Below, one piece after another: positions 12,919 to 29,033 of a DNA stretch of 64,000 nt. Every line of letters begins with the position of its first letter. Positions within the stretch are counted from its first letter, which is position 1. Under the pieces are notes generated by a model. That model worked only from the letters and a program-made list of their open reading frames with translations. It was not told the DNA's origin and did no database searches. The position numbers and the translations under genes are program-made. Origin of the DNA: Eledone cirrhosa (taxonomy: Eukaryota); contig OZ024751.1 of assembly GCA_964016885.1 (NCBI GenBank), positions 6,882,001 to 6,946,000 of the forward strand, read 5' to 3'.

Positions 12919-12968
12919 CAACATTTGAAAAGATGGCTTTTGCAGACCCATCGAAACCGGTCATTTTT
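12919..12968 (+). ncRNA. Hammerhead ribozyme (U3-A8 variant) in inverted pLTR
   Basis: TTGAAAA(12925)-gatgg cttttgcagac ccatc-GAAA(12953)-ccgg-TC. Confidence 0.75.
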
Positions 12969-13201
12969 TATACCCTTTATTATTTCCTTACCTTATAAAA
13001 TTATGTTTTTTCACAAAAAAGTATTCTGTCTCTTACATATTCCATGTGCCATTACCAACCTCAATTTTCTCTCTCTCTATATATATATATAAAATTTCAG
13101 GTTATCAATAATGTAGTGATAATATATCGTTACGTTAGAGATGAACAGCGTACGTGCAGGTTTGCTCAACGAGTATAAATTATATTCCGGAGAAAATGTA
13201 G

Positions 13202-13481
13202 AAAGGATGAATATAAAATGAAAGTGCTTTTTTTAAAAAGGAATTTATTAGGTATTGACATATGTTTCTGTAACAGACGGAATACCTATGTATCGCTGCT
13301 TGCGTAATCATATAATGTTAGCAAGTATTCGATAGCAAATTTATACATTTGCTATCGAATACTTGCTAACATTATATGATTACGCAAGCAGCGATACATA
13401 GGTATTCCGTCTGTTACAGAAACATATGTCAATACCTAATAAATTCCTTTTAAAAAAAAGCACTTTCATTTGATATTCATC

Positions 13482-13485
<4 letters not shown>
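13202..13485. repeat. Near-perfect ~140-bp-arm palindrome, probably a fold-back pLTR carrying the 3' half of an HHR
   Basis: Arms 13202-13340 and 13347-13485; the right arm has GAAA-catatg-TC followed by AATAAA. Confidence 0.8.
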
Positions 13486-13555
<70 letters not shown>

Positions 13556-13570
13556 ATATATATATATATA

Positions 13571-13745
13571 TATGAAAAGTGTCAGGACCCCCGACAGCTG
13601 ACCTCCGGCCGTTTCGGCGGCGAGATTTGTTGGAGCTCAGCCGTCGGGGTCCTGACACTTTTCATATTACCCACTCTATATCCTAAGTATGGAGTACTCT
13701 GGCGCGTTATGGTCCACCTGGTATCTTACCACACTCTGTTTGTTA
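13571..13745 (+). mobile_element. Short hairpin-headed non-autonomous element (family C) in (TA)n
   Basis: GC-rich fold-back plus conserved ~80-nt tail; six copies in the window. Strand is arbitrary. Confidence 0.8.
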
Positions 13746-13824
13746 TATATATATATATATAAATATACATATAAATATATATATATATTATATATATATA
13801 AACATACATGTATTTATATAGATA

Positions 13825-14015
13825 TTCAATGATATTAAATAAATGGAAACTATATTTATAAAACCATATTTATTATATTATATATATAGTTTCAATTTAT
13901 TTAATATCATTGAATATTATATATACTCCAGAAAACTTGTCGAGTGCTCTGAATCAGTTATAAACATTTATATTTTTTGAATTACCAACAAATTGAATAT
14001 CCCTTTTGCCTAGTT
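13825..14015. repeat. Family G pLTR 3'-end fragments in inverted arrangement
   Basis: Matches the tail of 23810-23910 (atatagtttccatttgtttaatatc...gagtgct...atcagttata). Confidence 0.65.
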
Positions 14016-14017
14016 AT

Positions 14018-14081
<64 letters not shown>

Positions 14082-14600
14082 GCCAGGACGACTTTACTCC
14101 AGTAACATTTCTGAATTTGGATTAGATGTTTATGTGTGCAGGGGCTGTAACTATGGAAACATCTGGTGAAAGTGGTTTTTCTATTTTTTATAAATCATAG
14201 TACTTGTAATTCCATTGATGATATGATGTCTGTGACGAAGATTACAATTAAAGTTTAAAAGAAAACGAACTACAACCTTATACACTGGTTACACACATTC
14301 GAAACTTATGTTAACGAGTGTATAGTTTCCTATATTGGAGCAATATCACAAATACCATGTTGACATCTTAACTTTATCATAAAAGCTACTATACATTGGT
14401 GTCCGAAATGTTAACATAAGCAAGCTAATAGCGTATTTCTTTAAATATGTGATCTAGTAAGACATTATCAAAAACCGTAACAGTATTTTTTAAGTCAACT
14501 GTAGATTGTTCTGTTTTTTTTTTCCTTCTGTAAATTTCTAATAGAATAGAGCTCTTGCTAATACATTAGTAAATATTTCCTGCATCAACAATGATTTCAG

Positions 14601-14654
14601 GATGTCGACGATATAGTTGAAAGCTTTGGTTACAGGAGCGAAATGATCGATGAG
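14601..14654 (+). CDS. Candidate 54-nt internal host exon (DVDDIVESFGYRSEMIDE)
   Basis: TTTCAG| acceptor, GAG|GTATGG donor, open phase-0 frame, within a non-repetitive stretch. No homology recognised. Confidence 0.25.
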
Positions 14655-15690
14655 GTATGGACAATATTATGTTTCAAACGTATTAAACCACCATAAATCA
14701 TTGAATTGGTAACTACAATTCCAATATATCTGGCTGTCTTACCATTATTGAATAGCCACCATTGACAGCGTTCTAAAATGGTGTCACGAGCCAAATGATA
14801 TTTCAAATAGCTATGTATGGTATCAAAATGTTTGAAGATAACAACTCTTTAATGACTTAAAGTATTATGAAGATTGCATCCACTGTATAAAAATAATATA
14901 TTCATGATAGTACGATAACTGATTAGTGATAGAGCGAATGAAGCTCGTGTAATTTGATGTGTTAAATATAAATAGATGAGACCTAACTGTGAGCAACTAA
15001 ATATCTAAAGAATTACTGATGAAAGAGGTGGCTGCTTCGTAAAAGAGAACATATTTTGATAAAAGCAGGTAGATATTTATATGTAATACAGGAACGACAT
15101 AGGTTATAGAAAGCTAGCCTGATCGAGTCACATAATATACTTTCCAGATCTCGTTATCTTGTTTGAGCTGTTCTTGAATTAAAGTTTCAAAAATTAACAC
15201 TAATTTTACAAAAACAGACAGATATGTGTACGCACAAACACATTGGCAGGACCATATACACACATATAACAACCTAGAATGTTATTGCAGTGAGAGGGTG
15301 ATAGATACAATGGTATCGATGTGATGCGGAAAACATTAGGAATCTCAAAAACGTGTAAAAAAACAAAATATGTAAAAAAGGATTAAGAGGAATTGTTCTG
15401 TATCAGCATGCATCGTTCATAATTCAACATTTATCCGCAAGGTTTATATACAAATACGAACATTCGGAAATATTTCTGCATCAGCAATTTATTTACCGAA
15501 CAAATAATATTGGTTAGTGATTTAGAAACTACATATTACTCTACTTCGAAAATGTGTGTAGGTTTGTGTTTCTGAGTGTGAGTGGCTATATATAAATATA
15601 ATTATAAAGTTATATGTACATATATATGTACATACACGCACACCCACCGACACACACCCACACACACCCACACACACACACACACACATA

Positions 15691-15822
<132 letters not shown>

Positions 15823-16879
15823 ATATATATATGTTATATACATTATGTATATATAATGTATATTCCATATACATTATGTATATGCGGTACATACAATATA
15901 CCTTATACATATATGAGGTACATGCAATATACCTTACATATAGATGAGGTACATGTAATTTACCTTATATATATATATATAAATGTATGTATGCATATAT
16001 ACGTATGTATGTATGTGTGTGTGTTTGCGTGCAATTGGAAACATAAGCACCAGACAAGGATAAAGATAAAATGCTGGTAATATTTTGAATCCTCATTCGT
16101 TGTTGCATATCAATGACTGAAAATATGATGTGGAAGTAAGGTAAACAGAAATATGTACTAATTAGTGTGTTTCTAAGCCTGGTGTTCTATTGGTACATAG
16201 CATTTCTTTCTACATCATCACTACATATATACGTAACTGATCTCTAAATATACAAACGTAATTTCCAGTATGTTTTCTGTATATAACCTCAATGGAATAT
16301 TGTCCATGTGGGGAGAAAAAACGAGAAAAATATTAGAAAATGAGTACATTTCACTAATGGAGACGGTTCACATTCGCAGTAATAATTGGTGCAATATTTT
16401 CAATAATACTTACGAGACCACCCGAATATATAGTTTGCTTTGCTGACTGATCAGTTCAATGAAATTATATACACAAAATAAAAGTTAAAAAAAGAGAAAA
16501 ACAAATTAAAGAAAATACATTTTTGAAAATTGGAAATTGATATTTCACACATGGAAAACTGCACAGACAGGGTAGGTGAATATTAAAGATTACATAACGC
16601 TGCTGGCTAGAATTCGTATTCATTACAATAATAAGATCATTTAGGAAATTGTTGTGAAAGTGTAAACGGATTATATACTTTATTTCAGTGCAATATTGAC
16701 CTTGTTTTAATTTCATGTATTCCAACTGCCAGTGCTCTTACAAACATTGTTATAATGAAACCGCTCCATCAACATATATCACCAAAATAATTGAATAACA
16801 TCGAAGAGAATAGTTCACTATATATACGTACCAAGTATACATTAATTCGTAATGAGAATCACCTTATATATATTTACAA

Positions 16880-17030
16880 GACGGCGAATTGGCAGAACGG
16901 TTAGAAAGTCTGACAGGATGCTTTTCGTCTCTCTGTTCTTTGAGTTCAAATTCCGCCGAGGTCAACATTGCCTTTCATCCATTCGAGGTCGACAAAAAAA
17001 GTTCCAGTCTAGTACTGGGATCGATTCTTC
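16880..17030 (+). mobile_element. tRNA-derived SINE family 1 (Nin/Deu-like central domain)
   Basis: A-box-like TGGCAGAACGG, B-box GAGTTCAAATTCC, then gcctttcatcc..ggtcga..aaa.gt.ccag. Confidence 0.8.
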
Positions 17031-17509
17031 CTCTATATCTCTTTCTCATTTCTTTTCTCTCACTTTCTATCTTTCGCTGGAAGAAATTCTCTCGCTGTGT
17101 TCAGTCCTGGAGACGGATGGACTCCGCCAGGATTAAAATGCCCAAGAAACGCCATATATCAATATGGTGCCCTTACCACTTTATCAGGTGTTATGAGACC
17201 CTATATACATATATTTACTAAAAGGAATACAATTAATTCATGATAGAATATTTTGAATTTATAAGAATATATATATTTGCATGTAGTTAGGAGATTGGGA
17301 TTGGTGCTGTGCAAGGCCTTCGTCACCCTTGAGAAGGTTCCATGTACAGTAATCACTTGATTTAAATAACTTTCAGGAGAGTTGCGTGAGTATGCCCTTT
17401 TTGTCTTTTGCTGCAACATATGCAGAACGTTATCAATGTCCTTGCCAGGGCTAAAACGTTATGTTCGTGCAACTTGAAACTGAGAGGCAGCCATTATGTA
17501 TGTATGAAT

Positions 17510-17752
17510 GACGGGTCACTCTTGAGTGCTACAGGTAACATGTAACGCAGTACAACCTGTCGCATGGGCGTGCCGTCGGCGACTAAACCGGTAACCCCAC
17601 CATATTTACTTGGTGAGGAGGGTGATTGTGGACACCCTCTGGACAAAAGAACAAAACCTGACAGAGGGCGGAAGAACTCATAAGAGTCAACGGCCATCCA
17701 AAAATGTGTAAATATGTATATACATGTATGCATGAATATATATATATATGTA

Positions 17753-17844
<92 letters not shown>

Positions 17845-18190
17845 TACATATATATATATACACACACATATATATATATATATACACATATATATATATA
17901 TACATACACATGCAGATATATACCTATACCCACACACATATATATATATATAAATAAATATATATAAATATATATATGTGTGTGTGTGTGTAGGTATATA
18001 TCTATGCATGTGTATGTATATGCGCGGGGACAGAAATAATCGAGCTGGATACCCATTAGCGCGGTTAAACCATTGGGAGTGAAGGACCCCTAGCCTTTGC
18101 CAGGGCATTCTTCTAAAGAGAAGGCACCCCTGTAAACTGGGAAAACTCTGATATAAAACCTGCTGCTCGGTAGTTACCGATGATGTTGAT
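17510..18190 (+). mobile_element. RTE-type LINE 5'UTR-like repeat split by a microsatellite
   Basis: 17650-17701 recurs inverted at 31524-31575; ggaaaactctgatataaaacc resembles the RTE 5'UTR near 31430-31455. Confidence 0.4.
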
Positions 18191-18417
18191 CCTTTCTTTT
18201 TTGGAGGGTTATAGGCTACTGTCCTCAGAGATTGAGCTTGGCTCAGTGCACTGTCTTTCTGCACTTTAAAAACATCTTCACACACAGGAATTACACGCTA
18301 GCTTCATTGATAATTATTAGTAATGTTATATCGTTCAATGGCCACACTCGATAACTAGAGGACAGCCATCATGTATGTATGTATGTTCTGGTTATATAAT
18401 TTTATAAAGTTTTAACA

Positions 18418-18499
<82 letters not shown>

Positions 18500-19122
18500 C
18501 GTTTCTAACATAGACAAGACTCCCATTGGAATCTAAACATCATCCACTACGTATGCATGTATACAGATCTGCATCCATGCGTGTGCGTGCATGTATGGAT
18601 GCTATTGTTTGTGTGTATGTGTATGTATGTAGGTAGGTATGTGTGGATGTATATATATGTATTTACTTAAGTATGTATGTAAGGTAATATTTAGTTTTAA
18701 CTTGATTTATATTGCATAAACATATGTTTAGAGTTTATATCAACAGCAGACACGTTTGTAATTGATCCTTGCTGCGAGGATTAGTCTTAACCATTCTCAT
18801 TCCATCTCCATAATCAATGTAATAAGGCAATACTTTGTCTACTTGTTTGCTAGCCTTTACTAATGTATATATGTATGTTTTCATAATGAAAACCATCATT
18901 CATTGTGGAATGCTCCTTCTCTTTCCAATTTGTTCTTTACGTTCTCTATTATGATATATTTTTTTATTTGTTGTTTACATTGTCTATTAAAATATGTTCA
19001 CTATTTACACATACTTTTAGCACTGTCACATATCTAATGAGGTAATGTAGACATAACTTGCTTTCGCCTTTTATCTATGATGTCATATGATATACTTTTA
19101 TCTATGATTCCCAGACATTGGA

Positions 19123-19305
19123 TTGGTAGTATCGGTAGAGGGTCGGACGCCATGCTTTGCGGCATAGAGTTACGGCCCTTGCTATTCTGAGTTCAAATCC
19201 CGCCGAGGTTAACTTCGCCTTTCATTCTTACGGGGTCGATAAAATAAAGTACCAGTAATACACTGGTGAATTGCGGGCCTTGTGCCAAAAAGTAGAAACA
19301 ATTAT
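19123..19305 (+). mobile_element. SINE family 1
   Basis: B-box GAGTTCAAATCCC, shared core, 3' end gggccttgtgcc.aaagtagaaacaattatt. Confidence 0.85.
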
Positions 19306-19500
19306 TTGAATGTCTCTATCTGCTCACATAAACGTATGTAGATATGTCCTAATGATGAGGTATGAAATTATCTACAGTACATTGATGTTAGTGTCAATAA
19401 ACACCATCGATTAATTTCATTTCAATTAGCAACATATACCTTCACATACACATACACATATCTGAATGGAAGATTGTATATATATATATATATATATATG

Positions 19501-19729
19501 ACACTGTAGGGCGTAAATCTGGCTGTTTGTTTACAAACAAACCGAGGATTATAATAAATTTTCTGTAAACCCATACGTACATATATATATGTGTGCATGT
19601 ATGTATATATATACATACTACAGTACGTCTGTATACATATATGTATGTACGTATACATACATACTTACATTTAAGTACCAGCCGTACTAAGAGTGAGAAA
19701 TGAAATTTCGTTTCATTCTTTTCCATTTA
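19501..19729 (+). repeat. Partial unit of retrozyme-like family B
   Basis: Homologous to 60050-60212 and to the reverse complement of 35200-35520. Confidence 0.8.
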
Positions 19730-19754
19730 TATATATATATATATATATATAAAA

Positions 19755-19873
19755 TATTAAAAAAATAATGAATAAAACAAAGAAACAGTTCCTTATATTA
19801 AACAAAAAAAGTTCATTATTTAACGATCGTTTCTAGGACATATATGTGTTAGAATTGGCATGCATATTCATAT

Positions 19874-19916
<43 letters not shown>

Positions 19917-20070
19917 ATATATACACATATATATATATATATATACATATACGTATTAAAAAAATAATGAATAAAACAAAGAAACAGTTCCTTATATTAA
20001 ACAGAAAAAGTTCATTATTTAACGATCGTTTCTAGGACATATATGTGTTAGAATTGGCATGCATATTCAT

Positions 20071-20075
<5 letters not shown>
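19755..20075 (-). repeat. Two tandem truncated family A pLTR ends (19755-19880, 19955-20075)
   Basis: Reverse complement of 50900-51012, including GAAAcgatcgTT. Confidence 0.8.
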
Positions 20076-20144
<69 letters not shown>

Positions 20145-20218
20145 TATACACACATATATATATATACATATACGTATATTTATATACATATATATACATA
20201 TATATATATATATATGTA

Positions 20219-20416
20219 TAACGAAGGAGGTGTGGTAAGGAACCAGATGGACCATAACGCACCAGAGTACTCAATAGTTAGGGTAGTAGAGTGGGTTATA
20301 TGAAAATGTTTGACCCCGACGAGAGAGCTCAAGCCGTTTCGACGGCTATTTCTGGAGTCCAGAAATAGCTGTCGAAATGGCTTGAGCTCTGCCGTCGTGG
20401 TCAAACATTTTCCTAT
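20219..20416 (-). mobile_element. Family C hairpin element
   Basis: Tail plus ~55-bp-arm hairpin, flanked by (TA)n. Confidence 0.8.
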
Positions 20417-20726
20417 ATATATGTATATATATATTATAGATATATATATAGGCTCACATACACAGACGTATATATATACATATATGTTCACTCACACAGA
20501 CGCATATATATATATATGTTAAGTATTTCAGTAGAAAGGGTAAGGGAAAGAAGAATGCTCTATGTAAAGTACAGAGATATTTAATTACATAAACAAAACA
20601 ATATAATTATTCCATTACCAAAAGTTTCATCAGATTAACGAGCTGGACATTTATGTAAGCATCGTCTAGTCTCCTCAAACCGTTGGTAATGGAATAATTA
20701 TATTGTGTTGTTTATTATGTAATTAA

Positions 20727-20876
<150 letters not shown>

Positions 20877-21055
20877 AGAAGTTATATTTAATTTGGTTGG
20901 ATACAAGAAGCAAATATTTTTATAACTGATATAAAGCACTCAACAAATTATTGGAGTAAAAATACAATATATAAGCTCCCAGGAGCTTCCAACCGGCATG
21001 GTCGCATTCTTTAAGGGTATGTCAATATTTGTTTATAAAACTTATCTATATTATT

Positions 21056-21116
21056 TTTTATCTGATGAAAGCGCAGCATAATTTGCTTTGGTGTCCTTGA
21101 AATATGTATAATGAAA
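21056..21116 (+). ncRNA. Hammerhead motif in family G pLTR
   Basis: ttttat-CTGATGA-aag..ctt-GAAA-tatgta-TA-atgaaa. Confidence 0.7.
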
Positions 21117-21182
21117 TAAATATGGTTATATAAATATAGTTTCTATTTGTTAATATATTGTATATATATATATATATATATA

Positions 21183-23020
21183 ATATATAAGAACAAAAGA
21201 TGGTTAAAAGAGTTCCATGTATTTTATTATGCGCATTTCAAAAACAAATATCATCATGCAATAATATTTGTTTTCATCAGATAAAACAGGAAGACACGAT
21301 ATGAAGGTTAAAAAACACTTGTGGATAGTGCAGTTTTAAATCAACATATGAGAAGTAGTTTTAGATTGATGTGTGATATTGGGAAAAATATTTTATTTTG
21401 AGGGGGGGTTGGAAAGGATGAAAAAGAGGAGGAGATGAGAGTAAAAAGTGGAGAGGGAGGAGTATAATGAGGAAGGATGAGATAGGAGGAGAGATGGGTG
21501 ATAGAGAGAGAGAGATAGCTTTTATAACTGAGAAAGGTATATTGTTTTACATAGAGAGATTGAAAACCGTTGGAAGATAATGTATAAATTAAAAGAATTT
21601 GAAAATTAACGAAGAGAAAAATAATGTAAAGTTAAGGTTTGTATATTGAGGGGTTTAATAATATGTGCGATGAAAAGAAAATGTTAATATGTATTAAGAA
21701 TAATATTTAAGGGTTTAATAACATGTGCGATGGAAAGAAAAAGTTAATATGTATTAAGAATGATATTTAAGGGTTTAATAATATGTGCGATGGAAAGAAA
21801 ATGTTGATATGTATTATTAAAAAGAACAACAGGTAATTTAAGTCAGGATATATTGTGAGATGAGCATGAATGAGTTAGATGAAAGGGAGAAAAGAATAAT
21901 GAATTAAGGATGAATAATCTAACGTCAAAAAAATGTTTATGTTTACGAAGGATTTTTACAAGGTGATAAAGAGTAAGAATGTATTGTATTATGTAATAAT
22001 TGATTCTATGTTAGGCAACAGTGAGAAAAGATACAGATTAGGGGTTAGACATTAAAAGAAATAGAGAAGAAAGGGAAGTGATAAATAGGAGCGATATAGA
22101 ATGAGTAACAAGTATTATAGAATGAGTCACAAGTATTATATAATGTATAATAAAACCTTTGAAATAAGGTAGAAAGATGGGCATAGTTTTAAAGAAGTGT
22201 ATATATATATATGTGTCTTTGAGAAAAAGATTCTAAATTGATAAAGATTTGGATATGAGCTGTATACTTTGTGGAATGTTTTGTGGAATTTATGTAAGCA
22301 GATAGAAAACAAGTCAGTGCGTCTATTTATTATAGAATCTAAATTAGATATAATGGTACATTTCTCATTTAGACAGAGATTGCAAATCTTGGATAGAGAA
22401 CTGTTCAACTGTTCAAGACGCAGAAGAAAGCTTCTTCCAAAAGATGGTATATTTAATATTTTGTCTTTCAAGGACCATATGAGTTCTGAGAGAGCCGTGT
22501 TGGTTCTTTTAAGTTTGTATTTAAAAGACGAATGATGGTTATAAAGACGAGCTTTAAAATAGGTGGAAGTGGAGCCAAAATAGGTGAAAGAATTGGTGTC
22601 AGTTATAACTTTACATTCGTAAATTAAGTTTTTATCAAGACAATGGTTGTTGAGAGGACATTTATTTTTAACAGGGCAATTGCAATTGCGATTAGAGAGA
22701 TTATTAACGAGTGACCTAGTGTTATCTATAGAAGGAATTGGATTGGAGAAGTTGTTTGCGATAGGAATAATAGTTTCTTGATTTAGAATGGGATTAAGAA
22801 CATTTAGCGAAGTTATGTTTCACGTTGTATTTGGGTTTGCAGAAATTAGCCTAGGGTTTACAATGACGTCGGGAGTACTATTACTATTATTATGATATTC
22901 AGTGTTAGAAGGAAGAGATTTAGTATTTAGTATTTTATTGTTGTGTTTAGAGATAATGTTGGAAATGTTGGAGGATGTAGAATAGGAACATTTTATAGTG
23001 TGTTTGTTAAATATTTTACT
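21183..23020 (-). mobile_element. 5'-truncated Naiad-type PLE (GIY-YIG region ~22260-22700, long 3'UTR, pLTR)
   Basis: Reverse strand CNCPVKNKCPLNNHCLDKNLIYECKV...YFGSTSTYFKARLYNH, then CNLCLNEK. Confidence 0.85.
21222..21286 (-). ncRNA. Hammerhead ribozyme with long stem II
   Basis: ttttat-CTGATGA-aaacaaatattatt..gatatttgttttt-GAAA-tgcgca-TA-ataaaa. Confidence 0.8.
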
Positions 23021-23027
23021 ATAGATA

Positions 23028-23111
23028 TGTATACTCCAGTCCTACAAACTGTAGAGTGCCTCTTATCCGATATTTGCATTGCTTTATTGTACTACAATAA
23101 AACTCACCTCC

Positions 23112-23117
<6 letters not shown>
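23028..23117 (-). repeat. ~90-bp repeat (family H) starting TGTAGG, with internal palindrome
   Basis: Reverse complement of 62668-62756. Confidence 0.75.
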
Positions 23118-23142
<25 letters not shown>

Positions 23143-23146
<4 letters not shown>

Positions 23147-23333
23147 CGAAGGAAATGTGGTAAGGATCCAGATGGACGATAACGCCCCAAAGTACTCAAT
23201 ACTTAGTGTAGTAGAGTGGGTAATAGGGACAAGTAGGAACCCGACGGCTGAGCTCAAGCCGTTTCGACGGCTAATTCAGTCCAGAATTAGCCGTCGAAAT
23301 GGCTTGAGCTCAGCTGTCGGGGTCATACTTGTT

Positions 23334-23337
<4 letters not shown>
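23143..23337 (-). mobile_element. Family C hairpin element
   Basis: ~55-bp-arm hairpin with a 6-nt loop (agtcca), flanked by (TA)n. Confidence 0.85.
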
Positions 23338-23388
<51 letters not shown>

Positions 23389-23391
23389 ATA

Positions 23392-24174
<783 letters not shown>

Positions 24175-24980
24175 ATATACAGACATACATAAATCCATAA
24201 ATAGATGCATACATATGTATATGATTCAGTACGTAGGTGTGCAGTTTATTGTATAGCAAACACAATTTCTCACCAACAGTTATCTCCATGCTTTCAGATC
24301 GTTCAATATACACCATTATTTGAAATAGTATCTGATTCAATATGTCATCAAAGCGAGACTTTACTCATGTTTCAACCAAATATATTATTATCCGTCTCAT
24401 ATTAAATGAAACACACACCGCTTCAGCTATTGCAATTTCATCAGCGAACGTTTAAGAATCTGAATTGTTCTGAAGCCATTCATTATGAAGCTATATATAA
24501 ACTTAGGGCATGATCTTTACAAATGTAATTTATGCAAGGTATTTCAACTCTTCGCTGGGACAAGCTTGCTTTATTATGTATTATATAACGTGGAAATATT
24601 TCAAACAAATTATTTATATCTTTATAATAAACATCAACTACTGAATCATCATGTGTATATAATAGGCCTCAGAATTCCAGATTATTTGCCATCTGACCAG
24701 TCTAAACATCAGAATATTTATTGGTTTTCAAGGGATTTTAACTGAAAAGACATTTTGAAATTCCAATGGATTACAAGTGAGATGTTTTAAAATAATGAAG
24801 CTTCTTTAAATAGAATGTTAAATAGAATGTTCTCGAGGTTGTTGACCGGAATACATTCTTAGTATACAAACAAGGTATTTCATAGAGGTAATTGTATTTG
24901 GATTAGAATGAATATATAAAGGACATATAGCATGTTGGTAATTGTGTGTATGGGTGTGGGTGTGTCTGTGTCTGTGTGTG

Positions 24981-26909
<1,929 letters not shown>

Positions 26910-27082
26910 TTCAAATAATTTCACACGGATGAAACATGTCTAGTTCTGTAGAAGTTATTTTTATACATAATAAAGTTTCCGATATTATTATGTACGTATT
27001 GAATGACTTACATAACTGTGGTTAGCTTCCCCGACACCACTGGGGAATTTTCATATATATACAAATTTATATACATACGTAC

Positions 27083-27133
<51 letters not shown>

Positions 27134-27989
27134 GTATGACTAAATGATGAGTCATGATGATGGACAGGATCATTAAACAAGGTTAGATATTCGATAAGAA
27201 AGTCAGGATAAACAAGGGAAAACAAGAGAATTATTGGGATGGATGTTTTTTGTTTGAATAGTTCATGTATGGAGGAATACTTATATAGGAGATGTCATCA
27301 GTAATAGAGAATATATGAGGTAAATGCAAAAGAAGAAAGGTACAAAAATATATAATAATCATATGTTCAAGGTGGTCTCAAAGGAGTAGGAAAAAATAGA
27401 GGGAAAATCAAGTAGGGACCAAGAAAGGAAGGGAGAAAATGTATGGAGGAAGAAAATAAATTATAAGAATAAAGAATATAAGTAGCAGGGAAAGAAAGAT
27501 AAAGGAAGAAAAAAGAAGAGAGGGTAAGAGGTGGAATAGGAATACAGGAAACGAGAATAAATGTGTGTGTGTGTGTATAGTTGTTAAAAAACAAAAACAT
27601 AAACACCAGAGATAAGCAGCTTGAGAAGCATCTAGTGAAAAGAAGCTATATATAAGAATGTATTACCTACAAAATGGAGATTATGTGAGTTGCAATTGTG
27701 ATAATATGTTTATTGTTACAATATAAAAATATATAAATATTTTAGTGGTGAAAACCAGAAGTAAACAAATGTTTCGAATTTTCGAGGCGTTTGCATGATT
27801 TGGATATTTAAAACTTTCAAATTTGAACACAATGTCACACATGTAATTCGTGTAAAATACATTTAGAGACAGAACTTAGGTACCAAATTTCAATCCTTAC
27901 GGATATTTTCACAAACTTTCTAACGCTATTGTCACTAGCAACTCTCTGTTTCGATCCCACTACTGTCATATACAAATAATATTATTTCT

Positions 27990-28171
27990 ATTGGCAGTAT
28001 CGGTAGAGAGTCGGACTCCATGCTTTCCAGCATAGTTACGTCCCTTTACAGTCTGAGTTCAAATCCCGCCGAGGTTTACTTTGCCTTTCATCCTTACGAG
28101 GTCGATAAAATAAAGTACCAGTAATGCACTGGGTAATTGCTGGCCTTGTGCCTAAAGTAGAAACAATTATT
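27990..28171 (+). mobile_element. SINE family 1
   Basis: Homologous to 19123-19305. Confidence 0.85.
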
Positions 28172-28298
28172 TCTCTGACCAACACGTTACAACATTGAAC
28201 GGAATAAACTTTCCAACATTCTGAATTCAATGCATTTCGCAGAAATTTGCTATATCTCTTTGGATTTTAGTCTTCATATTTATTATTATTACTATTAT

Positions 28299-28334
<36 letters not shown>

Positions 28335-28696
28335 GTTTTTTTTATTACAAACGCACTGAATGGTGGATATATTTCTAAAATGTCTCATAAGATTCCACTA
28401 ATAGCTGAAATATTTACGAAAGTGTCGTTTAGATATGTAAATGATATGCAATTCGCCGGTCTGTCAGTTTGTATTTACATCATTGTTAAAGGTGCTATGC
28501 CCATGTAAATATTTCGCAGGCAAGTAGGAACCATACAATATTTCCTTGTTGCGCAACGACTACTCACTCTCTCATTCTCTCACACAGAAATCGGTGTGAG
28601 ATGAAAGTGAAAAGTTAACTGGTTAGAAATATTCCACAAGTACCTTCTTGGAATTCAAATAGGTTCGGCTCGAGTAACAAGCATCCATACATATAC

Positions 28697-28747
<51 letters not shown>

Positions 28748-28899
28748 TATATATCTTTATATATATATATATATATAAAGTCGAATTAAGACTATTCCCT
28801 GCTGACAACATTAAATTATTCCTAACAAGCTCATATGTCCCAAGGCTCTGATACCATCAACACTATAAACACAGAGCTGGCATATCTAAGAACTGACTA

Positions 28900-28955
28900 A
28901 CTGCCTGATGAGGTCATATCCATTCAATAGCTATCATCGAAATATATATAGCAGT
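28900..28955 (+). ncRNA. Hammerhead motif in an orphan pLTR-like fragment
   Basis: actgc-CTGATGA-g..c-GAAA-tatata-TA-gcagt, followed by AATAAA and then (TA)n. Confidence 0.7.
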
Positions 28956-29033
28956 AAATAAAGGATTATGAGTTCATGCAATTGACTTATGTTTCGTCAC
29001 TATATATATATATAGTGTATATATCTTTATATA

